Position numbers and translations under genes: made by a program. A stretch of DNA of 64,000 nucleotides from Candidatus Dormibacteria bacterium (GTDB lineage Bacteria; Chloroflexota; Dormibacteria; Aeolococcales; Bog-877), in the NCBI GenBank assembly GCA_050734135.1, contig JBOHUG010000039.1, positions 4,134 through 68,133 on the forward strand, given 5' to 3'. Below, in pieces: positions 26,960 through 36,230 of this stretch (positions are counted from its first letter, which is position 1; each line of letters starts with the position of its first letter). The notes beneath the pieces were generated by a model. It ran no database searches. It saw nothing but the letters and a program-made list of their open reading frames with translations, and was not told where the DNA came from.

Positions 26960-28837
26960 ATGCCAGACCTCCAGGAGTCCTTCGCGCGCGCCCTGAGGTC
27001 AGCCGCCGGGGCGATGGGGGTAGGGGAGGTCCCAGATCCGGCGGTTGAGCCGTCGGCAGTCCCCGAGGTCGGGGACTATTCGTCGGCCTTGGCGTTGCGC
27101 CTGGCGGGGGTCCTGAAGCGGCCCCCTCGCGAGATCGCCGCGGAACTGGCCCGCCACCTGGCCGACCAGCCCCTCGCCCACTGCCTGGAGATCACGATCA
27201 GTGGCGCTGGGTACCTCAACCTGCGGGTTGACTTCGCTTCGCTCGCACCCGAGGTTATCTTCAGCGCGCTCGGGATGGGAGAGGTGATCATCCCTGACCC
27301 CGATGCCGGCCCCAGGGTGATCGTCGAACACACCGCCACCAACCCGAACAAGGCAGCGCATGTCGGCCACCTCCGCAACGCCTGTATCGGCGACACCGTA
27401 GCCCGCCTGCTTCGGGCCCGGGGCCACTTGGTCGAGGTTCAGAACTACATCGACGACACCGGGGTCCAGGTGGCCGACGTCCTGGTGGGAATCCGTCACC
27501 TGGGACTCACTCCCGAGATCGGCGAGCCGTTCGACCGATTCTGCTCACGAGCTTATGTCGAAGTCTGCAGCCGCTACGAATCCGAGCCGGATCTTGTCAA
27601 GCTCAGGGTCGAGACGCTGCACCAGATTGAGGGTCGTGAGGGCGAGGTGGCGGCAGCGGCGAAAGAGCTGGCGGGCAAGATTGTCGACGCTCACCTCGAG
27701 ACGATGGCGCGGATCGGGGTCAGCTACGACCTACTCACCTGGGAGTCGGACATCCTCGAACTGGGGTTCCTGGAGCACGCGCTCGACTGGATGCAGGAGT
27801 CGGGGGTGATCCGCCGGCCTACCGAAGGTGCGTTCCAGGGCTGTTGGGTGCTGCCCCTCGAAGCGGGGACAGGTGAGGACGAACTGGCGGTCGGCGAGGC
27901 GAAGGTCCTGGTCAAGAGCGACGGCATCGCTACCTACACCGGCAAGGACATCGCCTATCACCTCTGGAAGTTCGGGGTGCTGGGACTGGACTTCGACTAC
28001 CGACTCTGGTCCCCCCAGGGTCCGGCCAGCACCACCTCCGATCCGAAGCTCGCGCAATTGCCACCAGAGCGCTTCGGGCACGCGGCCCGAGTCGTCAACG
28101 TGATCGACCAACGCCAGACGGCACCCCAGTTGGCGGTTCGGGAGGCGCTCCGCCGCCTCGGCTTCGAGTCCCAGGCGGAAGCCCTTCACCATCTCGCCTA
28201 CGAAGTGGTGGCGCTCTCGCCTTCGGCAGCCGCCGCCCTGGGGGTGGACACCAGTGCCGGCAAGGCGATGTACCCGCTCAGCGGCCGGCTGGGAATCGAC
28301 GTGGGGGCCGATGACCTGCTGGACGAGGCGGAGCGCCAGGTTCGATCCAAGGCTCGCGATCAGACCGTGGCGGCCCGCCTGGCCGCCAGCGCCGTCCGCT
28401 ACTACCTGCTTCGCTTCGGCCTCAACTCGATCATCAACTTTGACTTCGGGGAGGCGCTGCGTACCAGCGGGGACACCGGGGTCTACCTCCAGTACGCTCA
28501 CGCCCGCGCCTGCGGAATTCTGGCAAAGGTGGAGACGGTGACCTTTCCCGACCGAGTACCCGACCTGAGCCCGTCCGAGCAGGCCCTGGTGAAGCTCCTG
28601 GAGCGACTACCCAGGACGGTGGCGGAGTCGGCCGACAACCTCAGCCCTTCTACTCTGGCGGGCTACGCCTTCTCCTTGGCTACTGCCTTCAACGACTTCT
28701 ACGAACATTCGGACCGGCTTTACCAGTTGAAGGATGACGCACTAAGGGGGCTCCGCCGGGGCTTGGTTGACGCCACCCGGGCGACTCTGGCCCGGTCCTT
28801 GGAGCTGCTGGGGCTGACCCCGCTCGCGCGCATCTGA
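26960..28837 (+). CDS. argS: arginine--tRNA ligase
   Basis: Class I HIGH region NPNKAAHVGHLRN, IDDTGVQV block, and a C-terminal DALR-type anticodon-binding region. Confidence 0.92.
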   Translation: MPDLQESFARALRSAAGAMGVGEVPDPAVEPSAVPEVGDYSSALALRLAGVLKRPPREIAAELARHLADQPLAHCLEITISGAGYLNLRVDFASLAPEVIFSALGMGEVIIPDPDAGPRVIVEHTATNPNKAAHVGHLRNACIGDTVARLLRARGHLVEVQNYIDDTGVQVADVLVGIRHLGLTPEIGEPFDRFCSRAYVEVCSRYESEPDLVKLRVETLHQIEGREGEVAAAAKELAGKIVDAHLETMARIGVSYDLLTWESDILELGFLEHALDWMQESGVIRRPTEGAFQGCWVLPLEAGTGEDELAVGEAKVLVKSDGIATYTGKDIAYHLWKFGVLGLDFDYRLWSPQGPASTTSDPKLAQLPPERFGHAARVVNVIDQRQTAPQLAVREALRRLGFESQAEALHHLAYEVVALSPSAAAALGVDTSAGKAMYPLSGRLGIDVGADDLLDEAERQVRSKARDQTVAARLAASAVRYYLLRFGLNSIINFDFGEALRTSGDTGVYLQYAHARACGILAKVETVTFPDRVPDLSPSEQALVKLLERLPRTVAESADNLSPSTLAGYAFSLATAFNDFYEHSDRLYQLKDDALRGLRRGLVDATRATLARSLELLGLTPLARI

Positions 28838-28884
28838 GGTTCCGCCGAAAAGTTCGAGCTGACCGATGTGCATACTGGGCGACC

Positions 28885-29529
28885 TTGTCCGAGCTTCCCC
28901 TCTTTCCGCTGCGCGCCGTGCTGTATCCCCACATGTCGCTGCCCTTGCATGTCTTTGAATTGCGCTACCAGAGACTGCTGCGGGACTGCCTTGAGTCTGG
29001 TGGCCGCTTCGGGGTGGTCGGGATTCGCTCCGGCGACGAAGTCGGCGGTCGGGCGGTCCCGGAGGAGGTTGGCACCGAGGCGGTCATCACCGACCTTCGC
29101 CTTCTCCCCGGGGGCCGCTCCCACGTGCTGGTGACCGGCGCCCGCCGCTTCCGGATCAAAGAGCTGGTTCCGGGAATGCCCTACCCCAGAGCTGAGGTCG
29201 ATTTGCTCCACGAGCCGGACCCGGATCCGGCCGCCTTCATCCTGGCCAGTGAGGCACGTGCGGCCCTGACCCGCTACACCGCCGGGCTGGCCCGAATCTC
29301 GGGCGGAGCTGCCAGCTCGAACGCGCTGCCCACCGATCCGCTGCTGCTCTCCTGGGTGATTGCCTCCACTTTGATGATCGAGTTGCCCCACCGGCAACAG
29401 CTGTTGGAGGTGCCCGGGTTCAGTCAGAGGCTCCGTCTCGAGATCCAGTTGCTGCAGCGAGAGGTGACCCTCCTAAACCTACAGCTGGCGAATCGGCTCC
29501 AGACCGTCCCGACCTACGGCCGCAATTGA
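28885..29529 (+). CDS. LON N-terminal (substrate-binding) domain protein
   Basis: LPLFPLRAVLYPHMSLPLHVFELRYQRLL; TTG start. Confidence 0.85.
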   Translation: MSELPLFPLRAVLYPHMSLPLHVFELRYQRLLRDCLESGGRFGVVGIRSGDEVGGRAVPEEVGTEAVITDLRLLPGGRSHVLVTGARRFRIKELVPGMPYPRAEVDLLHEPDPDPAAFILASEARAALTRYTAGLARISGGAASSNALPTDPLLLSWVIASTLMIELPHRQQLLEVPGFSQRLRLEIQLLQREVTLLNLQLANRLQTVPTYGRN

Positions 29530-29653
29530 TTGGCTCCAGGGCTCCCCGCTCGGGTCCGAACTCGGGTCACCGGCCAGTCGGGCCTCCGATGCGCGCCAGC
29601 CGGTGGCAATCAAGGAATCCGATCCGGCCGCCCCGGCAGATCCTGGGCAGGTT

Positions 29654-31297
29654 CTACTGAATGATCGCCAGGTAACCGGGGGCGCCCGCCTCGCTGCCGG
29701 TCAACTCCGAGGGTGAGATTTGGGCCGCCCGGCTCAGGTGCAGGATGTAGACGGCTCCGGTGAAGCCGGCGACATGGCCAACCGAGACGCTGCTCACCAA
29801 ACTTCCGGCGGCCGGTTGCGCGACGGCTGCACCGGGAGCGACTCCCTGCATCTCCAGGTAAATGGTCTGAGCACCGTCGTATCCAGAGGTGACCTTGGGC
29901 TCGCCCGAGCCGTCCGCGAAGTGGAAGACCACCCAGAACTGGCTGCCGTGGACGCCATACTCGACGTTCTGAACCTGATAGCCACTGCCAGTACTGCCCA
30001 GGGTCTGGGTACCGGTCAGGGCTGCTGTTGTGGCGGTCGCCGAGGGCGTGGCGGTCGCCGACGGGCTCGCTTTGGCAGAAATCGCCGGGGTGGCCTGGGG
30101 CGGTGGGTGGTGCGCTCCGGCCGACTTGCTCCCGTGGGTGATGTTCCACACGATCAGGACCGCGGCCAAGGCTGCCACCGCGATCAATCCCGTGCGCGTC
30201 CAACTGCGCGCCTCCGGCCCCTGCTTTCCGGACTTGGCTGGCATGGGCCGGCGGAAGCCGCCTCCGGAGCCTCGACGGGGAGGCTCGCCATCAAGCTTGG
30301 TCCACTTCCGGTCCGGCTGCAAACCCGGTATGGCGGCTATGTCCGGCCGAGCTGGAGGATCGGTGGCGGGGAAGGGCGCGGCGGGCGGCAACGGCGCCTG
30401 GCGCCCCACCGGAAGTCCGGCCAGCCCGGTCAACTCTGGAGACCAGGTGTTCCCGGCTGGAGTCGCTGGGGGGATGTCGCCCCAAGGCATCTTGAGCTCG
30501 GTTGCGGGTTCCCACCCGGGGACCACCATCGAACTGGGCCGGATCACGTCCGCTGCCGGCCCCCCGGACGAGGTGATTGGAGACTCGGTGAAATCGGATG
30601 TAGTCTCCAGCTCACCGGCTGCCTCGGTGGCGCCTGGCGTGCTCACCTCAGGATTTGAGTCCGCCTCGTCTCTGGGCGACTCGGTCTCCGGCGGCGGGGC
30701 ACTCAAACCGTCGTCAGCGACCGGGGCGAAGAAGGGCGACGAATCCTCTTCAACCGACCCCGGAGCATCCCTCGCGGGGTCGGCCGTGGACTCTTCAGAA
30801 GAATCGGCAAGCCACAGTTCTTCCGGTACCGCAGCCAGGGCATCGGCAGCGGACAGGTCTGCCTCTTCGGCCTCGAAAGCGCTGCCATGTTCAAGCTCGG
30901 GACTGAGATCCTCCGGCTCCTCGGTCGGGGCCTCCTCTGCCGTCTCGACCAGATCCGGGTCTTCCAAAATCGCGGCGCTGATACCCAAGGCGCCAAACGG
31001 GTCCGGGGCCACGAACGCCGGGTCGCGGCTCTCAGAGTCGGAGGGCGCCGGAGACGGCACCAAGGTATGGCCCGGCACCGAGACCAGAACTCGCGAGCGC
31101 TCGAGCAATGCGGTGGCGGTGCCGCTGCCGAGTTGCACCGGCGCGAGCAGGGAAATCCGCTCCGTCTCCTCCCGCAAGTAGCGCATCCCGGTCTTGCAAC
31201 GCTCGCAGGTGATGAGGTGAGCGTCCAACTCCAACTGGCGTTCGCGGGAGAGCTCCCCGTCAAGCGCGCAGCTAAGGGTGAGGAGGCTGCACTTCAT
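29654..31297 (-). CDS. anti-sigma factor (zf-HC2 type) with a long acidic/Pro-rich cytoplasmic linker, one TM helix and an extracytoplasmic domain
   Basis: N-terminus C..L..C...LDGEL......L.AHL..CERC. TM helix LIAVAALAAVLIVWNI. ATGA overlap with the upstream sigma-like gene. Confidence 0.7.
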   Translation of the reverse strand: MKCSLLTLSCALDGELSRERQLELDAHLITCERCKTGMRYLREETERISLLAPVQLGSGTATALLERSRVLVSVPGHTLVPSPAPSDSESRDPAFVAPDPFGALGISAAILEDPDLVETAEEAPTEEPEDLSPELEHGSAFEAEEADLSAADALAAVPEELWLADSSEESTADPARDAPGSVEEDSSPFFAPVADDGLSAPPPETESPRDEADSNPEVSTPGATEAAGELETTSDFTESPITSSGGPAADVIRPSSMVVPGWEPATELKMPWGDIPPATPAGNTWSPELTGLAGLPVGRQAPLPPAAPFPATDPPARPDIAAIPGLQPDRKWTKLDGEPPRRGSGGGFRRPMPAKSGKQGPEARSWTRTGLIAVAALAAVLIVWNITHGSKSAGAHHPPPQATPAISAKASPSATATPSATATTAALTGTQTLGSTGSGYQVQNVEYGVHGSQFWVVFHFADGSGEPKVTSGYDGAQTIYLEMQGVAPGAAVAQPAAGSLVSSVSVGHVAGFTGAVYILHLSRAAQISPSELTGSEAGAPGYLAIIQ

Positions 31298-31815
31298 ATA
31301 GAAATATCGCGATAAATACTGCCGAACTCACGTCGGGCCGAGGCGACCAATCGGGAGGCTGCTTCCGGTGAGCACTCCACCGCCACTCCGATTTCGCGGT
31401 ACGAGAGCTTGGCCAAGTCTCGCAGCAACAAGGCTGCTCGGCGGCCGAATTCGGTTGCCAATAGTGCCCGCTTGGCGGTGTTGATGCGGGCCGCGTCGGC
31501 GCCTTCCGGGCCGAGGCTGATCAGCGCTGGACGCTTGGCGAAAAGTCGAGCCACGCCGCGACGTTGGGGTGGATAGTGTTGGTTCTGGCGGGCGGCGCGG
31601 GTCACCGAGCGATACAGGATGGCCCGTCCGTCGCGTTGCAGCGCTGCCGCCGGAAAATGCCGAGCGTGAAAGAGGCCCGCCGTCACGTACTCCACAGCGT
31701 CCTCCGGCGTGCCGGTGAGGTGCAGCGCATACGTGATCAGGGCATCGAGATGCTGGCGACCGAGGTCTTCCAGCGTGCTCGCGGCGATCTGCGGTCTTTC
31801 TAGGACGGTATTCAT
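31294..31815 (-). CDS. divergent sigma-70/ECF-like factor
   Basis: Region-4-like LLLRDLAKLSYREIGVAVECSPEAASRLVASARREF. ATG 31815 is preferred over ATG 31881. The palindrome GCGTGT-ggtg-ACACGC (31822-31837) lies just upstream. Confidence 0.65.
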   Translation of the reverse strand: MNTVLERPQIAASTLEDLGRQHLDALITYALHLTGTPEDAVEYVTAGLFHARHFPAAALQRDGRAILYRSVTRAARQNQHYPPQRRGVARLFAKRPALISLGPEGADAARINTAKRALLATEFGRRAALLLRDLAKLSYREIGVAVECSPEAASRLVASARREFGSIYRDISI

Positions 31816-31962
31816 GACGTTGCGTGTGGTGACACGCGAGCTGAGGCAAGCATAACCGGAGGAACGTCCGTGCGCAAGCACTTCGGCAGCGAGCCTGGGC
31901 TCGCCATTCCCGCCGAGGTGGTGCCCATCGTTGGAGCGGCAGTCCCAGCGGCGCCAGTCGCA

Positions 31963-32706
31963 CTAGGAGGTGTCACGCTCGCTCGCTGGCTGGAATTGCC
32001 TCAGGCTACCACCACTCCAGCTGGGCGGCTCGAGGCCCACCTCTGAGTAGGCCCCGGAGGGCACTCCGATATCGGCCAACCAGAGTTCACCCACTGGCGC
32101 GCTCGGCGCCAGGCATCCGAGCTTGGCGACCGCGAGCATGACCGTCGCGTCGGCACGCACACAGTCCCCACGGGCAATCCCGGTTGTGGCGTCCAGGCCG
32201 CTCGGCACGTCGATGGCCAGAACGAGTGCTGCGCTGGCGTTGATGTGCCGGACCACGCGGGCCACCAAGCCCCGCGCTGCGCCGACGCTACCGGTACCCA
32301 GCAAGCCATCGACGACCAATCCGGCGGGCCCCAGCGCCCAGTCCAGCGTCGCGTCGGCGTCATGGCCAACGGGCCGAAGCTCCACCCCGGCAGCCTGCGC
32401 TGCCTGAACCTGCCGGGCGTAGCTGGTTCCCGACTCCGCTACCTCGCCAAGGGTGACGCTCCGCACCTGACGACCCCAGGCGGCCAGGTGGCGCGCACAC
32501 CCGAGCGCATCACCGCCGTTGTTGCCTTTGCCGGCCAGAACAGCGATTGGTCCAGCAGCCGCGCGCTTCCCCAGTATGTCCAATGCCAGTCGAGCACATT
32601 GCCAGCTGGCGATCGCCATCAGCGCATCCTGGGAGATCCCCAGTCGCCCGGCGGCTGCGTCCAGGGCCCGGGCCTGGTCCGAGGAGGCGGCCTCCCCGTT
32701 GCTCAA
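31963..32706 (-). CDS. nnrE: NAD(P)H-hydrate epimerase (stand-alone YjeF N-terminal domain)
   Basis: LAGKGNNGGDALGCARHL and IDVPSGLD blocks. No C-terminal dehydratase domain. Confidence 0.85.
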   Translation of the reverse strand: MSNGEAASSDQARALDAAAGRLGISQDALMAIASWQCARLALDILGKRAAAGPIAVLAGKGNNGGDALGCARHLAAWGRQVRSVTLGEVAESGTSYARQVQAAQAAGVELRPVGHDADATLDWALGPAGLVVDGLLGTGSVGAARGLVARVVRHINASAALVLAIDVPSGLDATTGIARGDCVRADATVMLAVAKLGCLAPSAPVGELWLADIGVPSGAYSEVGLEPPSWSGGSLRQFQPASERDTS

Positions 32707-33539
32707 GACGCGAACGAACGTCGGTCCGTTTCTGACGCAGGTCCCAACTCGTTGGCGGCCCCCCAGGCGACCCGGACCCGGTCCCCGGGTTGGAGGTTCA
32801 AGAGCGCGCTGGCACTGATCCCTTTGCCGGCGATCTCCAGATGTTCGGCGCTGTTCCAGAGCATCGCGAAGCCGCCCTCGATCTCCCCATAGGTTCGCAC
32901 CAAGCTGGAGATCACCCGGCCGTCACTGAGGGAGACGCTGGCTGGCAGCGGCGCATACCAGGGGGTTCGGGCCACGGTCAGGATGACATTGCCAAAGCGA
33001 TCAACAACCAGCACACGAGCGGTGGTACCGGCACTGTCGCCCTGGGGCAGAAACTCGCTCACCAACTGAGGGCTGGGGATCTTGGCTCCTAGATCCTCGA
33101 AGCGGGCGGAGCCGAGCGCCAGCCGCGCTGCCAGCGGTCCGATTACGTCGCGTCCGTGGAACGTCGAACTGATCCGTCGTGGGTCCAACCCGCTGGTGTC
33201 CACCCGCACCGCGGTCCGGTCCTGGCCCCGGCTCCACAGGAAGTGCAGCAACCCGTTGTCGGGCGCCACCACCAGCTGGCGATCAACCCTCGCCGCGACC
33301 AAGGGACGATCGGTACCCACCCCGGGATCAACCACCACACAATGAACGGTTCCCGGGGGGAATGCTGGCGCCGAGGCTGCCAGCCAGTACGCTCCCGCGC
33401 CGATGTCGTGCGGGGGCACTCCGTGGGTGATGGTCACCACCCTCAGGCGGGGGTCCACCCGCGCGATCGCACCCTGGAGGGCCCCAGCGTATCCGTCCGC
33501 CGTGCCAAAGTCGGTTAGCAGAGTGAGGATCGCGGACAT
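32703..33539 (-). CDS. SAM hydroxide adenosyltransferase / chlorinase-fluorinase family (DUF62)
   Basis: ILTLLTDFGTADGYAGALQGAI N-terminus and VVDPGVGT block. Confidence 0.85.
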   Translation of the reverse strand: MSAILTLLTDFGTADGYAGALQGAIARVDPRLRVVTITHGVPPHDIGAGAYWLAASAPAFPPGTVHCVVVDPGVGTDRPLVAARVDRQLVVAPDNGLLHFLWSRGQDRTAVRVDTSGLDPRRISSTFHGRDVIGPLAARLALGSARFEDLGAKIPSPQLVSEFLPQGDSAGTTARVLVVDRFGNVILTVARTPWYAPLPASVSLSDGRVISSLVRTYGEIEGGFAMLWNSAEHLEIAGKGISASALLNLQPGDRVRVAWGAANELGPASETDRRSFAS

Positions 33540-33644
33540 GGTTCCTGGTCATTGTCACCCATGTCGGCGGTCCGACCCGCGCGTGGCCGATCGGTGCGGC
33601 TGAGGCGGAGAGAGCTCCCGGGACCTCATCCCGACCGGGACACC

Positions 33645-34349
33645 CTAGCTACTGATCGAGATCGAGATGTAGGCACGAGCACCAGAAGGCGGGACGCTCA
33701 GAGTGATCTGGTAAGTCCCCGGGACAAGCTTCCTGGGTTCCAGCGCTCCGATCGAGCCGGCAGCGCCGTTGCCGTTTGCCGAGATCGGACCGCGACCACT
33801 CCAAATGACGTCATAGACGGCGCTGGGGGCTCCCCCTGGAGAGCTCGAGGGTTTGGGTTCGGATTCGATCGAGAGGCCAGCGGCGACCGGTCCGGCGACG
33901 CGGGCGCTCAGCGGGCAAGTCGAACCGGTCACCGAGACCACGAACGTGCGGCGCTGGCCCGGGGTCAGGTTCGCCCGCGTCGGTGACGAGACTAGGTGAA
34001 CGACAGCGCCGTGGCAAGTCATCGGAGCCGCGGCGGCGGCATGACCGCCGTTTACTCCGGGCGGAAGCACCGCAAGGTATTGGCGCTCGGTGGTGTTCGG
34101 TGTGTGATTGGCGGTGGCGAGCGGGATCACCACCGCAGCGGCAATGGCCGCCACCGCCACCCCGGCCAGGGCTCCCCGCGTCCTGGAAAGCGAGGGCCAG
34201 GAGCGGAGCCTGGCCCGCCACCGGCTGCGCGGGGTGGCCAGGAGCTGCTGTTTCAGAAGCCGTCGGGTTTCCGGGTGCAGCCGCATCTCCGCGGTGGCGC
34301 GGTGGAGCTGCGCCGCGAGCTCCTCAATTAGTCGGTCGTCGGGATCCAT
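33645..34349 (-). CDS. putative membrane-anchored anti-sigma factor with an extracytoplasmic beta-rich domain
   Basis: Overlaps the 3' end of the ECF sigma gene by 22 nt. TM helix ALAGVAVAAIAAAVVIPLA. No family motif recognised. Confidence 0.55.
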   Translation of the reverse strand: MDPDDRLIEELAAQLHRATAEMRLHPETRRLLKQQLLATPRSRWRARLRSWPSLSRTRGALAGVAVAAIAAAVVIPLATANHTPNTTERQYLAVLPPGVNGGHAAAAAPMTCHGAVVHLVSSPTRANLTPGQRRTFVVSVTGSTCPLSARVAGPVAAGLSIESEPKPSSSPGGAPSAVYDVIWSGRGPISANGNGAAGSIGALEPRKLVPGTYQITLSVPPSGARAYISISISS

Positions 34350-34834
34350 ATCAGGCGCAGCGCCTCCAAGGAGCGACTGAGGCGGGACTTGACCGTGCCT
34401 TCGGCCACCCCGAGGGCCCGGGCCGTCTCCTCCACAGACAGGTCGAGATACACCCGCATAACGATCACCTCCCGCTGGTCCGCCGGAAGTTGGTCCAACG
34501 CCTGTTTCAGGTCCGCCGACGAGACCAGTTCGGAGAAGGGGTCGTGCAGAGTCGGGTCAGCTGGAATGGTGTCGGTTGGGATGGGTATCCGCCGCCTCAG
34601 GTGGGAGCGGGCAGTGTTCGCCACGATCGTCATCAGCCAGGCGCGCTCGGCTCCCGGGTCACGCAGGCTGAAACGAGCCCGCCAGGCGCTCACGAAGGCG
34701 TCTTGAACGCAATCCTCCGCGAGGCCCCGGTCGCGGAGGAAGAGGTAGGCGGTGCGCAAGGCGAGGTCCCCATAGAGGCCGACCCAGCGTTCGGCCAGAG
34801 CTTCTGCTTCAGGATCAGGACGCCTCGACGACAC
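34328..34834 (-). CDS. ECF-type RNA polymerase sigma factor
   Basis: Region 2 EDCVQDAFVSAW; region 4 QREVIVMRVYLDLSVEETARALGVAEGTVKSRLSR. GTG 34834 follows GGAGG by ~10 nt. The ORF extends to TTG 34861. Confidence 0.85.
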   Translation of the reverse strand: MSSRRPDPEAEALAERWVGLYGDLALRTAYLFLRDRGLAEDCVQDAFVSAWRARFSLRDPGAERAWLMTIVANTARSHLRRRIPIPTDTIPADPTLHDPFSELVSSADLKQALDQLPADQREVIVMRVYLDLSVEETARALGVAEGTVKSRLSRSLEALRLIWIPTTD

Positions 34835-34867
34835 CCAATGGTTCCTCCACGGGCTTGACAACCTTGC

Positions 34868-35512
34868 TTATGCGGGTCTCGACCTAACCCGCCGGCTCCC
34901 TGATGAGTCGAATTCGGCTGCCTGGGGGAGGACCAAGGCACTCAGCTGAGTCCGGAGCAGCTCTCGATCCCAGCAGTGCCGACCCCGCAGGTGCACGTAC
35001 GGCCAGCAGGCGGCGTTGAAGAGAAGGTCGGCCGCCTGGTCTGGGTTGCCACCCGGTGGAGCGAGGCTGCCGTCCTCAATCCCATCTCGAAAGATTCTTG
35101 AGAACGGCTCGTTGAAGTTGAGTCCACTTGCGCTGGCCCGGTGGAAGACTTGATCAGAGGCCATCAGTAATGGCAGGTGTGCCTCCGCCACGTCGAAGAG
35201 CGCGAGAATCGCAATCCCTAGTCGTTCCCTGGCGTTGCCCGGGGCGGTGAGCGCCGGCCACAGGGCGTTTCGGTAGTCCGCTTCCAGATCCAGCAGCAGT
35301 GACTTGATAAGCGCCTCCCGGGTCGCACCCAGACGCCAGGCGGTGACACGTGAGAGTCCCGCCTCCTCAGCGACCGCGTCCATCGTGAGTCCGTCCCAGC
35401 CGATCTTGGCCAGGACCGCCACCGACGCGCGCAGCAGGCGGCGGTCCCGGACCTGCTCCGGCTCTTCCCGCTTTGCCTCCTCCCGCTTCGTGGCGTCTCC
35501 AGCAGTTGCCAT
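34868..35512 (-). CDS. TetR family transcriptional regulator
   Basis: HTH LTMDAVAEEAGLSRVTAWRLGATREAL. Start ATG 35512 is supported by the leaderless promoter geometry. Confidence 0.85.
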   Translation of the reverse strand: MATAGDATKREEAKREEPEQVRDRRLLRASVAVLAKIGWDGLTMDAVAEEAGLSRVTAWRLGATREALIKSLLLDLEADYRNALWPALTAPGNARERLGIAILALFDVAEAHLPLLMASDQVFHRASASGLNFNEPFSRIFRDGIEDGSLAPPGGNPDQAADLLFNAACWPYVHLRGRHCWDRELLRTQLSALVLPQAAEFDSSGSRRVRSRPA

Positions 35513-35518
35513 CGGCCC

Positions 35519-35524
35519 ATGATA
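35519..35524 (-). promoter_or_regulatory. -10 box TATCAT, 6 nt upstream of the tetR ATG (leaderless candidate)
   Basis: The minus strand reads TATCAT-gggccg-ATG. Confidence 0.5.
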
Positions 35525-35612
35525 GACCGCTGCAACCCCGCGCCACATTTCATGTAATACTAGCGCTTCACGCGCCGCACAACACGCTTTCATGAGGAGA
35601 TGGAGGTTGAAT

Positions 35613-36230
35613 ATGAATCGATACCATCAGCGACTCTGTCGATCCCCGAGATGGGCGGACTTTGTCACCGGAGAGCTGCTGCCCGAGATCCTGCAGGGCG
35701 TCGAGCTCGGGCCGCGGGCCCTGGAGCTGGGACCCGGTTACGGGGCCAGCACCAGAGGACTGCTCGGTCGAGTCTCGGAGCTCGTGGCTCTCGAGAGCGA
35801 CCCGGAGTTGGTGCGGCGCCTGCAGCGCGAATTGGGGGCGTCGGTGACTGTCGTTCTGGGGGACGCCACCCAGATGCCGTTTGCCAGCTCCTCGTTCTCG
35901 GCGGTGGTGTGTTTCACGATGTTGCACCACCTGCGCTCCCGGCGAGCGCAGGACCGACTCTTCGGCGAAGTCGCGCGGGTGCTGGAGCCGGGCGGACTGT
36001 TCGTGGCTCGCGATAGCAGCGGCGGCTGGCGATTTCGGCTGATTCACCTGGGGGATGTCTTCACGCCAGTCGACTCCCGGGACCTGGATCAGCGCCTAGT
36101 CCGAGCTGGGCTGGAGTCGGTGGAGATCACGGCGACCCCGTGGTCAGTTGAGATCCGGGCACGCCGTCCCGAGCCGTCCGACCGGGTGCTCCAAGGGTCC
36201 TCGAATGCGATGGCAGGAGGCGAATCGTGA
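35613..36230 (+). CDS. class I SAM-dependent methyltransferase
   Basis: ALELGPGYGAST motif I, FSAVVCFTMLHH, LEPGGLFV. ATG 35613 follows GGAGG. Confidence 0.85.
   Translation: MNRYHQRLCRSPRWADFVTGELLPEILQGVELGPRALELGPGYGASTRGLLGRVSELVALESDPELVRRLQRELGASVTVVLGDATQMPFASSSFSAVVCFTMLHHLRSRRAQDRLFGEVARVLEPGGLFVARDSSGGWRFRLIHLGDVFTPVDSRDLDQRLVRAGLESVEITATPWSVEIRARRPEPSDRVLQGSSNAMAGGES

Noticed and set aside
30030-30061. 14-nt direct repeat GTGGCGGTCGCCGA x2 (18-nt period)
   Set aside because: It lies inside the anti-sigma gene and simply encodes the peptide repeat SATATP/SATATT. It is not a CRISPR-like or regulatory repeat.
35513-35612. TetR operator in the tetR/methyltransferase divergent region
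   Set aside because: I saw direct repeats (CGCGCC..CACA, TTTCATG twice) but no convincing inverted repeat of the usual TetR operator type, so I did not annotate a site.
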